From assembly GCA_951406725.2 (NCBI GenBank), contig OX597832.1, positions 24,118,001 through 24,182,000 of the forward strand: 64,000 nt of DNA, in the 5' to 3' direction. How positions within the stretch are numbered: position 1 is the first letter of the stretch; every line of letters starts with the position of its first letter. The position numbers were made by a program, and so were the translations under genes. The notes below the pieces were generated by a model that worked only from the letters and a program-made list of their open reading frames with translations, was not told the origin of the DNA and made no database searches. The stretch comes from Octopus vulgaris. Lineage: Eukaryota. Shown here one piece after another: positions 11,493-23,545 of the stretch.

Positions 11493-11910
11493 TAAAATTT
11501 AGATTCAGATGAATATGGTACTTAAGTTGAGGCACCAGAATTTAGTATGGGTATTATCCATACAATTTCAAAATAAGGTGATTAAAATCAAAATAAGCAA
11601 CAAGGATATCCAGAGATAATGCAGTACGATCGTTTCATGCGACTCCATTTAATTGAACAATGCAATCATTTCATTACATCAATTTAAAATGTAGAGCAAT
11701 CTTCAGCTGCACAAAGACATAGAATTTAATGAAATTAGAAGGACACATTAGTTTAATTTTACCCAAAATCTCCAAGAAAAATGACTGCACTGTAGATTGC
11801 TCTACATTTTAAATTGATGTAATGAAATGATTGCATTCTTCAATTAAATGGAGTTGCATGAAAAGATCATAATGCATTACCTCTGGATATTTTTGTTGCT
11901 TATTTTGATT
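11493..11910. mobile_element. Fold-back element in (TA)n with ~117-bp inverted arms, PLE-like
   Basis: 11587-11703 is the imperfect reverse complement of 11793-11910; (TA)n on both sides; each arm holds a hammerhead core. Confidence 0.7.
11619..11712 (-). ncRNA. Type I hammerhead ribozyme with long stem II and palindromic loop III
   Basis: Minus strand: GTGCAG-CTGAAGA-[63-nt hairpin ttgctctacattt...aaatggagtcgcat]-GAAA-C-GATC-G-TA-CTGCAT. Intact CUGANGA/GAAA/UH core and 6-bp stem I; positions 10.1-11.1 are U.U rather than Watson-Crick. Confidence 0.7.
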
Positions 11911-11924
11911 ATATATATATATAT

Positions 11925-12286
11925 AATTCATAAATGAGGGCAAAGGAAAAAAATTCTAATGCCAAATATGCCGAAAAATTGGACATATTGTCCATTAACC
12001 ATATAATTTTTTCACAATACGCACGCTACTCGGAAAAAGGTCGACAGTAAGTATCTCATTTACTTCTTTGCCACATGTATCACTGACGAAGAGAGGTCTC
12101 TTAGTAGCTAACTCTGAAATCTGTCCGATATGGTAATAATGGAATTTTTTAGAATTTTTTTCCTTTGCCCTCATTTATGAATTGTTTATAAATTTAACCG
12201 TTAAAGGTATTTTTTAATATGCTGGCCATTGATAAAAATTTTTTCGAGAAAATATTTTTTTTTGAAAAGAATTTTATCCTCACATT

Positions 12287-12287
<1 letters not shown>
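11925..12287. mobile_element. Second fold-back element family in (TA)n, PLE-like
   Basis: Inverted repeat aattcataaatgagggcaaaggaaaaaaattctaa (~11925-11958) / ttagaattttttttcctttgccctcatttatgaatt (~12149-12183); hammerhead-like core at 12076-12132. Confidence 0.65.
12076..12132 (+). ncRNA. Degenerate type I hammerhead-like motif
   Basis: tgtatca-CTGACGA-agag...ttagtagctaa ctct-GAAA-tct-GTC-cgatatg. Stem II is closed by agag/ctct; stem I tgtatc/gatatg has a mismatch next to the core. Confidence 0.5.
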
Positions 12288-12343
<56 letters not shown>

Positions 12344-12379
12344 CATTGTGTATATATGTGTAATGTATGTATCTGTGTA

Positions 12380-12710
12380 AAGGTGAAGTGGTTAATGCAT
12401 CAGGTTTACAATCATGTGGTAGTGAGTTCGAATCCCAGACCAGGCTGTGTGTTGTGTCCTTGAGCAAGACACTTTATTTCACGTTGCTCCAGTTCACTCA
12501 GATTTGGAAAATGAGTTGCAAAGTCACAGGTGCCAAGCTGTATCAGCCCCTTTGCCTTTCCCTTGGATAACATCAGTGGTGTGGAGAGGAGAGACTTGTA
12601 TGCATGAGTGACTGATGGTCTTCCATAAACAACCTTGCCCGGACTTGTGTCTCAGAGGGGAACTTTCCAGGTGCAATCCCATGGTTATTCATGACCAAAG
12701 GGGATCTTTA
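12380..12710 (+). mobile_element. SINE family E (tRNA head + gtgtccttgagcaagacac core)
   Basis: Head gtggttaatgcatcagg...gagttcgaatccc; a related copy lies on the - strand at ~24565-24745. Confidence 0.7.
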
Positions 12711-12736
12711 CCATTATTATTATTATTATTATTATT

Positions 12737-13232
12737 GAGTATGAAAGCATTGCATGCCATCAGAGTGATACTGGGGTAAAATATACGAAGCCCAATACAC
12801 CCATCATGACTACCTGTCTGATAAGGGTACACCAGGCACATGCATTACAACCAAACAGCACATGACCTTGCAGGTGGGGTCCAGTTAGAATTTTCTTCAG
12901 GTCAAGTAGTCTGTCCTGCTCAAAAGGTCCCTGGATAAGGTTTGTTTAAGGATGATGAACAAAACACCTATGTTTCCACAGGTGAATTATTCAAACCCTA
13001 AAAAATCTCTTTCAACACATGGCTATGATGCTCCTCTAGTACTTCTGCTCGTGATCAGAAATGCACATATCATCAGTCACTAAGGGACATGCTCAACTAG
13101 TTAGTTATGTCAAGCAAATGTGTGGTATTGAGCAGAATATTTGCTGAAGCCCATCTTTTATACCAAGACAAAACATGTACATGATAACACTTCCAATCAG
13201 TTGAGATCAGAAGCCATGAGAGCCACTACCTG
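12737..13232. mobile_element. ~500-bp dispersed repeat embedded in (ATT)n
   Basis: Clearly homologous to 62070-62630 (gccatcaaagtgacactggggtaaaatatacgaagccc...gatcagaagccatgagagccact); both copies are flanked by (TTA)n. Confidence 0.8.
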
Positions 13233-13270
13233 ATGATTATTACTACTACTACTACTAGGACGACAATGAC

Positions 13271-13301
<31 letters not shown>

Positions 13302-13975
13302 TATTATTATTTTTATTATCATCATTATCATTATTACACGGACTTTTTCAAACAAACAAAACCCTTTGTAACTTTTGTCCCGTGTTTTGTCCCTTTATGT
13401 TTTAATTGATTTTTGTTAGCCTTTGTGGCCAATAAACGAACAAATTATTATTATTATTATTAATATTATTATTATTTTGCTTTTAACCTGAAAAGAGCAC
13501 GGAAGGTTGTGCTTCCAACCAGGCCTTTCACAATACCCTTAGTATCGAAAGAACTTCTCAGTAGCCCCCTCATACCACATTCCATCCCCGTCTATTAATT
13601 CACCTATTCCTCCGGGTCCTTCAATATTTAGAAGCCTTACAGAGAAAAAGTAAAAAAAAAAAACATCTATTTTTAATCTTGAACACAGTGAAGTCATTGC
13701 AAGTCGGACGTGTCAGCTATTTCATCGAGTCATTAGCGATTGAATAAGGATTAAAAAGAAGGAAGAAAAAAACGATAACATTTGATTGATTCAAGTATTT
13801 TCTTTAAGCTGATTAGTAAAGGACTGCAGTCACATAGGATGTCAACCTGTTTCCTCACTGAATGTTCGATATACTTTAAAGATTTCAATGTCCTTGATGG
13901 CGTTGCTGCTCCAGGTTGGCCCTGATTGAGCATAAAAAGGCAGAAAAGTTTGTGGGTGTAATTAGTTTCTAGAAA

Positions 13976-14372
13976 TCTTTATATATAAAAGTGAGGTTGT
14001 GTGCTGTCTGTCTCCTACGATTTAGATTCCTAACTACTCCCACATTTTGTGGTGCAGTGTAACCAAAAGCGGGTATCTTATAGTCGAGATTCATATCGAG
14101 CCCTTCTGGGTATTAGCGCGCGTCTACGATGAGTCTACGATTTAAAAAAAAATTTACCATCATTTTTTCCTATTTTTAATGCATTTTTTGCTATTATATA
14201 AGGGAAGTAACTCTCTAAAAATGTATTATTAAATCTCAGAACGTAAAAAGCTACAGTAACACCCCCCCTTTGTGGTTAGCCATATTGAGATGGCTATTAT
14301 ACTTTACATCTCTAAAAATGCTTATATAGTTATTTCCCTTACAAACCCGAGCAACGCTGGGCGATACTGCTA

Positions 14373-14373
<1 letters not shown>
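13976..14373 (+). mobile_element. Non-autonomous Helitron
   Basis: A|TC 5' end (tctttatatataaaag), subterminal hairpin cccgagcaacgctggg, CTAG|T 3' end, no TSD; a homologous copy lies at 50345-50651 (-). Confidence 0.8.
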
Positions 14374-14406
<33 letters not shown>

Positions 14407-14734
14407 TAGCATTATGACCCGTCGTTGCCGGGTCATAGTGCTAGTAGTAACTAAAATCTCCCTTCAGCTTTAAATAAATGAAGGACACATTAAATACACT
14501 ATAGTTACTGTAGTTTGATCATGATGTCTGTTTGGCTACCTAGCAATTCGGTTTCAAGTCTACACTACAAATAACCCCATCCTGGTTCTTTTGCCTGAAA
14601 CAAACTTCTCGTTTTAAGTTGATCCTAATTAAAACCCTCCATAGAAATTTCATGTTAATTTACATTTCAAATACTAGGTTAATAATAAGAAAGTTATTTT
14701 ACTAAATTTTTTATTATTTTATTATTATAGAAGT

Positions 14735-15100
14735 AGGAGTGGGTGTGTGGTAAGTAGCTTGCTTACCAACCACATGGTTCTGGGTTCAGTCCCACTGAGT
14801 GGCACCTTGGGCAAGTGTCTTCTACTATAGCCTCAGGCTGTCCAAAGCCTTATGAGTGGATTTGGTAGACGGAAACTGAAAGAAGCCCATTGTGTATATG
14901 TATATATATATGTGTGTTTGTGTGTCTGTGTTTGTCCCCCCAACGTCGCTGGTGTGTTTACGTCCCCGTAACTTAACTGTTCGGCAAAAGAGACCGATAG
15001 AATAAGTACCAAGCTTACAAAGAATAAGTCCTGGGGTCGATTTGCTCGACTAAAGTTGGTGCTGCAGCATGGCCGCAGTTAAATGACTTAAACATAAGAG
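14735..15100 (+). mobile_element. SINE family A
   Basis: Matches the family A consensus from head to tail. Confidence 0.85.
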
Positions 15101-16069
15101 ATGTTATTGAGACTTATGTTGCTGTTGTTTAGGCTCAGATCAGCCTTGATTCAGCACACTAATGACCAAAGGCTTTCCAGACATGGCCAGGCAGTCTTTT
15201 TTTTTTTTTTTTCTGTCCAACCATAGTATATCTGCAATATAAAAGCACCCCGGTGTCATGCAAATGGCACCCGTTCCAGTGGCATGTAAAAGCACCCATT
15301 ACACTCTCGGAGTGGTTGGCATCAGGAAGGGCATCCAGCTATAGAAAACCATGCCAAATCAGACTGGAGTCTGGTGCAGCCTCCCAGCTTACCAGCCCCA
15401 CCAGTCAAACCGTCAAACCCATGCCAGCATGGACAACAGATGTTAGATGATGATGATGATGATTTATCCAACGTGTCCTTCCTTCCTTCGTTTTTCTTTT
15501 TTTTAACAGTAGTGTGTAATCTCAGGGAGATTCAGTTACTATTCCTAGCAGGTCGAGCGACCACATAGACACTCCTTCATTGTTTGCTGTATGTAATAAT
15601 GGTTTCAATTTGAAGAATTAGATCTGATGTTCAGCCAACCGTGAAGTAATGAAGATAGTATTACTTTCCTTGACATAACACAATGGCGAGAATCTTGTTA
15701 TATTGATGAGAAAATATTTCTGTACCCTCCCCACCACCACCCATTATGGTAGGTGTAAGGAATTTTAGACTAAATGAAGTGTCTTTTGTAATTATAACGA
15801 TTCCATATATAGATATTCTGCGTTTATCACCGAAGCCTGATGAGAGCATTGGGTGGATGGGGATGAAAGGGGCCCATCTTGTGTTTTATTAGGCGCAGAC
15901 ATGGCTGTGTGGTAAGAAGCTTGCTTCCGAAACACTTGGTTCTGGGTTCAGTCCCACTGTGTGGCACCTTGGGCGAGTGTCTTCTAATATAGCCTCAGGC
16001 CAACCAAAGCCTCGTGAGTGGATTTGGTACATGGAAACTGAAAGAAGCCTGCCATATATATATATACTA

Positions 16070-16291
16070 CTAATATAGGATGAAGTGTTTTTTACAGAAA
16101 AAAATTCCATCAAAAAATGTGGCAGCATATTAAAATACCTTCACGGTTAAAATTATAAACAACTTATAAATAAGGGCTAAAGAAAATTATTTCAATGCCA
16201 ATATGCTGATAACAGACTTTTAAATCGTCAATTTCCACATATTATTTACTCGCTAAATAATATGCTTTTTTAGCCCTTATTTATAAGTTGT
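16070..16291. mobile_element. Fold-back element in (TA)n related to 11925-12287 (opposite orientation)
   Basis: Inverted repeat acaacttataaataagggctaaa / tttagcccttatttataagttgt; shares cagcatattaaaatacctt..cggttaaa.ttataaacaa with the reverse complement of 12182-12227. Confidence 0.65.
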
Positions 16292-16296
16292 ATATA

Positions 16297-16331
<35 letters not shown>

Positions 16332-17315
16332 CTGAGTGTGTGTATCTTTATGTCTGTATTTGTCCCCAACTTGTGTTGGTGTGTTTATGTCCCCCTGTAA
16401 CTTAGCAGTTCGGCCAAAACACTGATAGAATAAGTACTGGGATTTAAAGTAAGTCCTGGGGTTGAACTGTTTGACAAAAACACTTCAAGGTGCCACGCAG
16501 TGGGACTGAACCCGGGACCATGTGGTTGGTAAGCAAGCTACTTACCACACAGCCACTCCTATGCCTGTTCTGTGTATTGTTTTTGAGAAAGACATTTTAT
16601 TTCATGTTTCTTCAGTTCACCCATCTGTAGAAAGTTGCAACAACCCTGGTGCCAAGATGCATTGGCCGTTGCCTTTCCCTTGCATAACATTGGTGGCTTG
16701 GAAAGGTGAGGCTGGTATGCATGGGCGACTGCTGGTCTTCCATAAAACAAACCTTGCCCAAACTTGTGCTTCAGAGGGTAACTCTCTCGGTGCAAACCCA
16801 TGGTCATTCATGACTCAAAGGGGTTTGCAGCTGCTGCTGTTGATGATGATGGATGGATGTTATACATGTGCCAAAGATGTTCTTGCAATACATGCAACAG
16901 TGGAGGTGCAATGGCCCTGTGGTTAGAGCAGCAGACTTACGGTCGTAGGGTCATAGTTTTGATTCCCAGACCGAGTGTTGTGAGTGTTTATTGAGCGAAA
17001 ACACCTAAAGTTTCACAAGGCTCCAGCAGGGGCTGGTGGCGAACCCTGCTGTGTTGTTTCACCACAACTTTCTCTCGCTCTTTCTTCCTGTTTCTGTTAT
17101 ACCTGTATTTCAAAGGGCCAGCCTTGTCACACTCTGTGTCACACAGGATCTTCCTGAGAACTACGTTAAGGGTACATGGGTTTGTGGAGTGTTCAGCCAC
17201 TGGCATGTTAATTTCATGAGCAGACTGTTCTGTTGATCGGATCAACTGGAACCCTCGTCATCATAACTGGCGGAGTGCCACGACGACATGCAACAAAAAA
17301 AAAAAATCAAGGCAA

Positions 17316-17725
17316 AGGAGTTGCTGTGTGGTAAGTAGCTTGCTTACCAACCACATGGTTCGGGTTCAGTCCCGCTGCGTGGCATCTCAGGCAAGTGTCT
17401 TCTGCTATAGCCTTGGACCGACCAATGCCTTGTGAGTGGTTTTGGTAGATGGAAACTGAAAGAAGCCTGTCGTATATATGTATATGTATATATATATATA
17501 TGTATGTGTGTATATGTTTGTGTGTCTGTGTTTGTCCCCCAAACATCGCTTGACAACCGATGTTGGTGTGTTTACGTCCCCGTCACTTAGCGGTTCGGCA
17601 AAATGGACTGATAGAATAAGTACTGGGCTTACAAAGAATAAGTCCCGGGGGTCGATTTGCTCGACTAAAGGCGGTGCTCCAGCATGGCCGCAGTCAAATG
17701 ACTGAAACGAGTAAAAGAGTAAAGA
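17316..17725 (+). mobile_element. SINE family A, full length
   Basis: Matches the family A consensus. Confidence 0.9.
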
Positions 17726-20117
17726 GAGGGAGCGCGTACTTGTCTGCATGTGTGTATCCAAAATAGAATGTGTTATATAAAATGCATTAGTGCTCACTTC
17801 AACAGTTTGGGCCGATAAGATTGGATAAGTCATTACAAAAATAAGCCGTAGCAATAATTGGATTATTGGATGCTGTAATGGCTGCATCCTATTTGAATCT
17901 GATGATAAATTATAATGATTGACGTACAGTGAAAAGATAATATAGCGGCCGTGTCTGTGTGGTAAGGAGTTTGTGTCTCAGTCAACATGGTTCCGGGTTC
18001 AATCCCACTGCCTGCCACCTTGGGCAAGCGTCATCTACTATAGCGTCGGGCTGACCAAAGCCTTTTGAGTGGATTTGGTAGAGGGAAACTGAAAGAAGCC
18101 TGCTATGTGTGTGTATCTGTGTGTGTGTGTGTGTGCGCGCGCGTATGTATATATATCTGTGCATGTGTATGTATATATTTGTGTGTGTAATTGTATATAT
18201 CTATGCTTGTGTGTGTGTGTGTGTGTGTATGTATATATATATATATATATGTGTGTATATATATATATATATGTGTGTGTGTTTGTGTATGTGTGATTGT
18301 ATATATCTATGTGTGTGTGTTTGTATATATGTGTGTGTGTGTGTGTACATATCTGTGTGTTTGTACTTGTTCCTTATCACCACTTGACAGCTGGTGTTGG
18401 TGCATTTACAACTCTGTAACTTAGTGGTTCAGTTAAAAGAGACTGATGTAATAAGTACCAGCTTAAGAATAAAAAGCTCTTAGGTCGATTTGTTCAGCTA
18501 GGGGTTTTTTAGTCAAACAACTCAACCCCAGAATTTATTCTTTGTAAGCCTAGTATTTATTCTATCAGTCTCTTTTGCTGAACTGCTAAGTTAGGGGACA
18601 TAAACACACCAACATAGGTTGTCAAGCAATGGTGGGGCTACAAACACAAAGACACACATACATGAATACATATACACACACATGCACATATATACACACG
18701 ACGGGCTTCTTTCAGTTTCCATCAGCCAAATCCACTCACAAAGCTTTGGTCGGCCCGAGGCTATCGTAAGAAGGCACTTGCCCAAGGTGCCACACTGTGG
18801 GACAGATCCTGAAACCACGTGGTTAGAATGCAAGCTTCTTACCTTGCAGTTTATTAGAAGTGTTTTTTCTGCTGGTCCTCCATCTGATTGTGGATTGGCG
18901 CCATTAATAAGGACATAATCATTCATAGCTGTCAGCCATGAAGTATTTTTTGCACTAGTGATTTCCCGTTCAGTGCTGGAATTGGTTTAAACCAATATGA
19001 GAATTAAAAAGAATTTGATTGGCCATCCACCAATGAATGACTTTTATGTTTGAGCATTTGGTTTGATCAAAGAGCTCTCCTTCATTGATTGAAAATGAAC
19101 GAGGAAGCAGGTGACATCAAATGCCGAATACCCATTCGGTTGCAAAATAAAATTATTTTACAACCAAATAGGCACTTAAAAATTTAGGGGATGTAAATTG
19201 AGTTTCCCTGTCAGGGATAAAATATTTAAATTTAGAACCAGTAAACGGTTGTTTTTTTTTTGTTTTTTGTTTTTTTTTATTTGTATGTGATTGGCGGCAA
19301 GCTGGCAGAAATGTTAGCACGCCGGGTGAAATGCTTAGCGGTATTTCATCTGCCGTTACGTTGTGAGTTCAAATTCCGTTGAGGTCGACTTTGCCTTTCA
19401 TCCTTTTGGGGTCGATAAATTAAGTACCAGTTACGCTCTGGGGTCGATGTAATCGACTTGTTTGTCCCCTCTGTGTTTAGCCCCTTGTGAGTAGTAAAGA
19501 TATAGGTGGAGGCTTGGCTATGTGGTTAAGAAGCTTGTCTTACAACCATGTGGTCTTGGGTTCAGTCCTGCTGTGTGGCACCTTGGGCAAGTGTTGGATC
19601 TTTTCGGTTTGAACGACACTTTTTCTAGCGGTGTCATATGAAATTGTCACCCATAATTATGACCCTAGAATCGATCTATTGCATTTTAATCTATTTTAGG
19701 GTTAGGGGTGGGGGGGAAAGGTATCTTTTTTTATTTACAAATGTAAATAAAGCCAATCTGTTTCTTAAATGAGGGACATTTTCATACGGCACAGAATGTT
19801 GTTTACCTCAATAGACGTTAGTGATTGGTTGAAATTACAGAAATTGAAGAAAAAAAAAAACAACAAATATCTTACAAACTATAGAATTTTCTCAATAAAG
19901 CCAAGAGAAAAAAGATGTTTTATAAACACATTCTACCAGTATACGAAGCTTAAAAATTTTTTAGTTACCTAGAAATTCTTTCAAAGCTATTCTTTCTAGC
20001 TGAACTGGCATTCATGGTACATCATTTATAGAAGACTTATTTTGATATAATTGTTTGAGTTATCCTTCATTTTCAAAGTGAAAATTTTACCAAGCGTTCA
20101 TCATCATCATCATTTAA

Positions 20118-20338
20118 CCCTTTCGTTACCAACCCAGCTGAAACTGGTTCTGGCTCTGAGTACAAATGTCTTGTTTTCCTAACTTTTGAATTAAAATCTT
20201 CCACCAAACCTTAGTCACAATTTATGTTCCTAACACTAGCTGAATGATAACTAAGTTATTTTACTAAATTCTTTGTTATACTCAAAATTAATTTAAAGAA
20301 GCATAGAGCATCTCAAAATAAATATGGTAATGAAAGGG
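20118..20338. mobile_element. piggyBac-type MITE
   Basis: TTAA target duplication (20114-20117, 20339-20342); TIRs ccctttcgttacca / tggtaatgaaaggg; fragments of the same family near 32170, 42750-42944 and 48385. Confidence 0.85.
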
Positions 20339-20563
20339 TTAATGCCGGTTTTCCATGCTGGCATGGGCTGGCTGGCTGGTTTAATAGGGTCCAGTGAGTC
20401 AAGGGGCTGCATTAAGCTCCAATGTCTGCTTTGGCACTGTTTCTATGGCTGGATGTCTTTCCTAACACTGACCACTTTACAGAATATACAAATAGCTTTT
20501 TTTAACAGGAAAAAGGAAAAACCACCTCATCTAAATTGGTAGTGGTGGTGCTATTTGAGTGAT

Positions 20564-20794
20564 GGCGGCGAGCTGGCAGAAACGTTAGCACGCCAGGCGT
20601 AATGCTTACTGGTATTTCATCTGCCATTACGTTCTGAGTTCAAATTCCGCCGAGGTCGACTTTGCCTTTCATCCTTTCGGGGTCGATAAATTAAGTACCA
20701 GTTACGCACTGGGGTCGATGTAATCGACTTAATCCCTTTGTCTGTCGTTGTTTGTCCTCTCTGTGTTTAGCCCCCTGTGGGTAGTAAAGAAATA
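20564..20794 (+). mobile_element. SINE family B monomer with TSD
   Basis: Runs ggcggcgagctggcag to gtaaagaaata, with a 14-bp TSD gctatttgagtgat at 20550-20563 and 20795-20808. Confidence 0.92.
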
Positions 20795-20929
20795 GCTATT
20801 TGAGTGATGGTTCTATGCCAGGGATTGTGAAAGAGGGACAAGGACCAGATGCCTTGCTACAGGGGAGATACAAGGGTGCACACCATGTTATATAAGGGGG
20901 TTAGTAGGAGTAGCTGGAACGAAGAGTAC

Positions 20930-21785
20930 CGCCAATGTTTTATTAGCAGTTTATGTTGCTAAAGCAACATATGGAAATTTCAAGAAATAAATCAATGGCA
21001 ATAAAGAACATTTTATCGTAGAATGGTCCAGTATAGTCGATATCAATTTGCTTCTATGGTCCAGCTGGTTTCGACTATTCCTTGTAATGTTTATCAAGCA
21101 AATTTGCAATTGATTGGTATGCTGGACATGATTTGATTATTGCAACTCTATCAAACTGTATTTTCGGTCAGTTGTCGTATCTACAGCTTCTGCGACTCGC
21201 TTGTTTCCTCCAGGCCATGCCTCGGTGGCCTTTATGCGGTCGGGTCAAAATTTATTTCGTAATACTTGCAGAATAATTACTCTAGGAAAACTGTACTGCA
21301 AGATTAATAAATTCGTTAGATAATTAATTGCCTCACATTTTATCCAATGCTCTCTCAGTTGTTTCTCATTTATTATATAATTGTTTTTTGTTTTGGGGGT
21401 TGTTGTTTTGTTTTTTTTTTTCTTTTCTGGCCAACCATTATCAATAAATTGTCTAATTCAAAGAATATTGACATCGGACTTCATGACTGATTCAGTTTCT
21501 TTAGTGACGTCTGGCTTTCCCTGAAGACTTTCATCAATAATTTGATGTATTTTTTAAAAATCTTATATAGAAAACGATTTTTACGATCATTGTCAAAATC
21601 ATAATCAAGTCCAGTCAGCAATCTTGATAATTCATCAACATTTTTGTGTTGCTTCAAAGCATCTTGTCATACTGTGTCATACAACAGCCACCCCTAAACC
21701 CCTTATAACATCCAATATTGCAGCTGCTGAGATCTAAATACTTGTATATATTTTTATTATTCGGTGACAATATGTAAATTAGCAG
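20930..21785 (-). pseudogene. Ty3/Gypsy pol relic (RNase H C-terminal end + integrase)
   Basis: Minus-strand fragments HKNVDELSRLL (cf. NADALSRLP), HKGHRGMA (HHCC zinc-finger start), IIKSCPAYQ and P*KQIDIDYTGPFYDKMFFIAID (cf. IHIDYAGPF); contains stops and frameshifts. Confidence 0.75.
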
Positions 21786-21789
21786 GCTT

Positions 21790-22235
21790 CCATGCCGGTG
21801 GCACGTAAAAGGGCACCATTTGAGCGTGATCATTACCAATGTCGCCTTACTTGCACCTGTGCCGGTGGCACGTGTAAAAGGATTTGAGCGAGGCCGTTGC
21901 CAGTATCGCCTGACTGGCCCCCATGCCGTGGCACATAAAAGGGCACCATTCGAGCATGATCGTTACCAACGTTGCCTTACTGGCATGTGTAAAAGGATTC
22001 GAATGAGGTCATTGCCAGTACCGCCTGACTGGCCCCCATGCTGGTGGCACGTAAAAAGCACCCACTACACTCTCGGAGTGGTTGGCATTAGGAAGGGCAT
22101 CAAGCTGTAGAAACTCTGCCAGATCAAGACTGGAGCTTGGTGCAGCCATCTGGTTCGCCAGCCCTCAGTCAAAATCATCCAACCCATGCTAGCATGGAAA
22201 GCGGACGTTAAACGATGATGATGATGACGATGATG
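21790..22235 (+). mobile_element. RTE 3'-end copy ending in (GAT)n
   Basis: Repeated gccggtggcacgtaaaa modules, ggttggcattaggaagggcatc, gttaaacgatgatgat tail. Confidence 0.8.
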
Positions 22236-22559
22236 GTTGGTGGTGGTTAATTCAAAATGTCATTCATATGTAGAAATTGATTAATTAAACTAATGAAGAT
22301 GGATTATTATAAATAATTTCTCTTTTATCTATTTGCAAATATCACCCTTAATGTGTATTCAGTGTTTTCGCCGTTTGAGCCATTGGACGTTAAACATCAT
22401 TTCCACATTGTGACAGAACCGCTCCAATACTGTTTGGCAATACATCTACAGCAAAAGTTAATGGCAAAATTTCATTGTGATGCACATACTCTGTGGCCTT
22501 AATCCCTAGTTTCAACTCCTCACAACTTTATCGATAATCATCCAACTATTTGGATGGTA

Positions 22560-23545
22560 TCTACCTTTTCGTTTGATTATATAGCAACACAGTAAGGACT
22601 ACCGTGATCTTGTTGTATGATAACACCTGAATTTTGAAATGAATGATTACGTTACTTTCCATTTCATTGTGTGGCTGTGCAAGAAGGCTTAGCATGTTCT
22701 TAATGATTGTACGATAACATCTGACTTTTGAAACAAATGCTTATAGGCATAGGAGTGGCTGTGTGGTAAGTAGCTTGCTTACGAACCGCATGGTTCCGGG
22801 TTCAGTCTTCTACTATAGCCTCAGGCTGATCAAAGCCTTGTGAGTGGATTTGGTAGACGGAAACTGAAAGAAGCCATCATATGTGTGTATATATATATAT
22901 ATGTGTGTCTGTGGTTGTCCCCCAATGTCACTTGACAACCGATGCTGGTGTGTTTACATCCCCGTAACTTAGTGGTTCAGCAAAAGAGCACGATAGAATA
23001 AGTACTAGGCTTACAAAGAATGGGATCGATTTACAAAGTCCTGGGATCGATTTGCTCAACTAAACGCGGTGCTCCAACATAGCTACGGCCAAATGACTGA
23101 AATAAGTAAAAGAGTATTTAAGGCAATATGATCCTTTTCATTTAGTTATATATGACAGCATAGTGAGGTCTGCTTTGTTGTTAATGAATATATAACATCT
23201 GACTTTTGAAATGAATGCTAATATTTCAGGCAATAAAATCCTCTTCATTTAATTATATGACAGCATAATAAGATCTGTTATATTTTTAATGACTGTATAA
23301 CATTGAATTTTTGAAAGAAATGCTAACAGTTTAGGCAATACAATCCTTTTCATTTAATTACATGACAGCATAATAAAATCTACTATATGCTTAATGAATT
23401 TATAACATCTGATTTTTGAATGCTAATATTTTGGGCAGTACAGTCCTTTTTGATTAATTATATGGCAGTGCAGTAACGGTTACCATGTTCTTAATGAATG
23501 TGTGTTAACGTCTAAATTTTGAAACAAATGCTAATTTTTCATTTG
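22560..23545 (+). repeat. Old ~105-bp minisatellite (~6 units) interrupted by a family A SINE at 22748-23115
   Basis: Recurring ...ataacatctgacttttgaaa(t/c)gaatgcta... with aggcaata at ~23121, 23228, 23333 and ggcagta at ~23434; two diverged units lie upstream of the SINE. Confidence 0.75.

Noticed and set aside
15837-15875. ctgatgag...gaaa hammerhead-like words
   Set aside because: No stem II or stem I pairing and no UH site in register.
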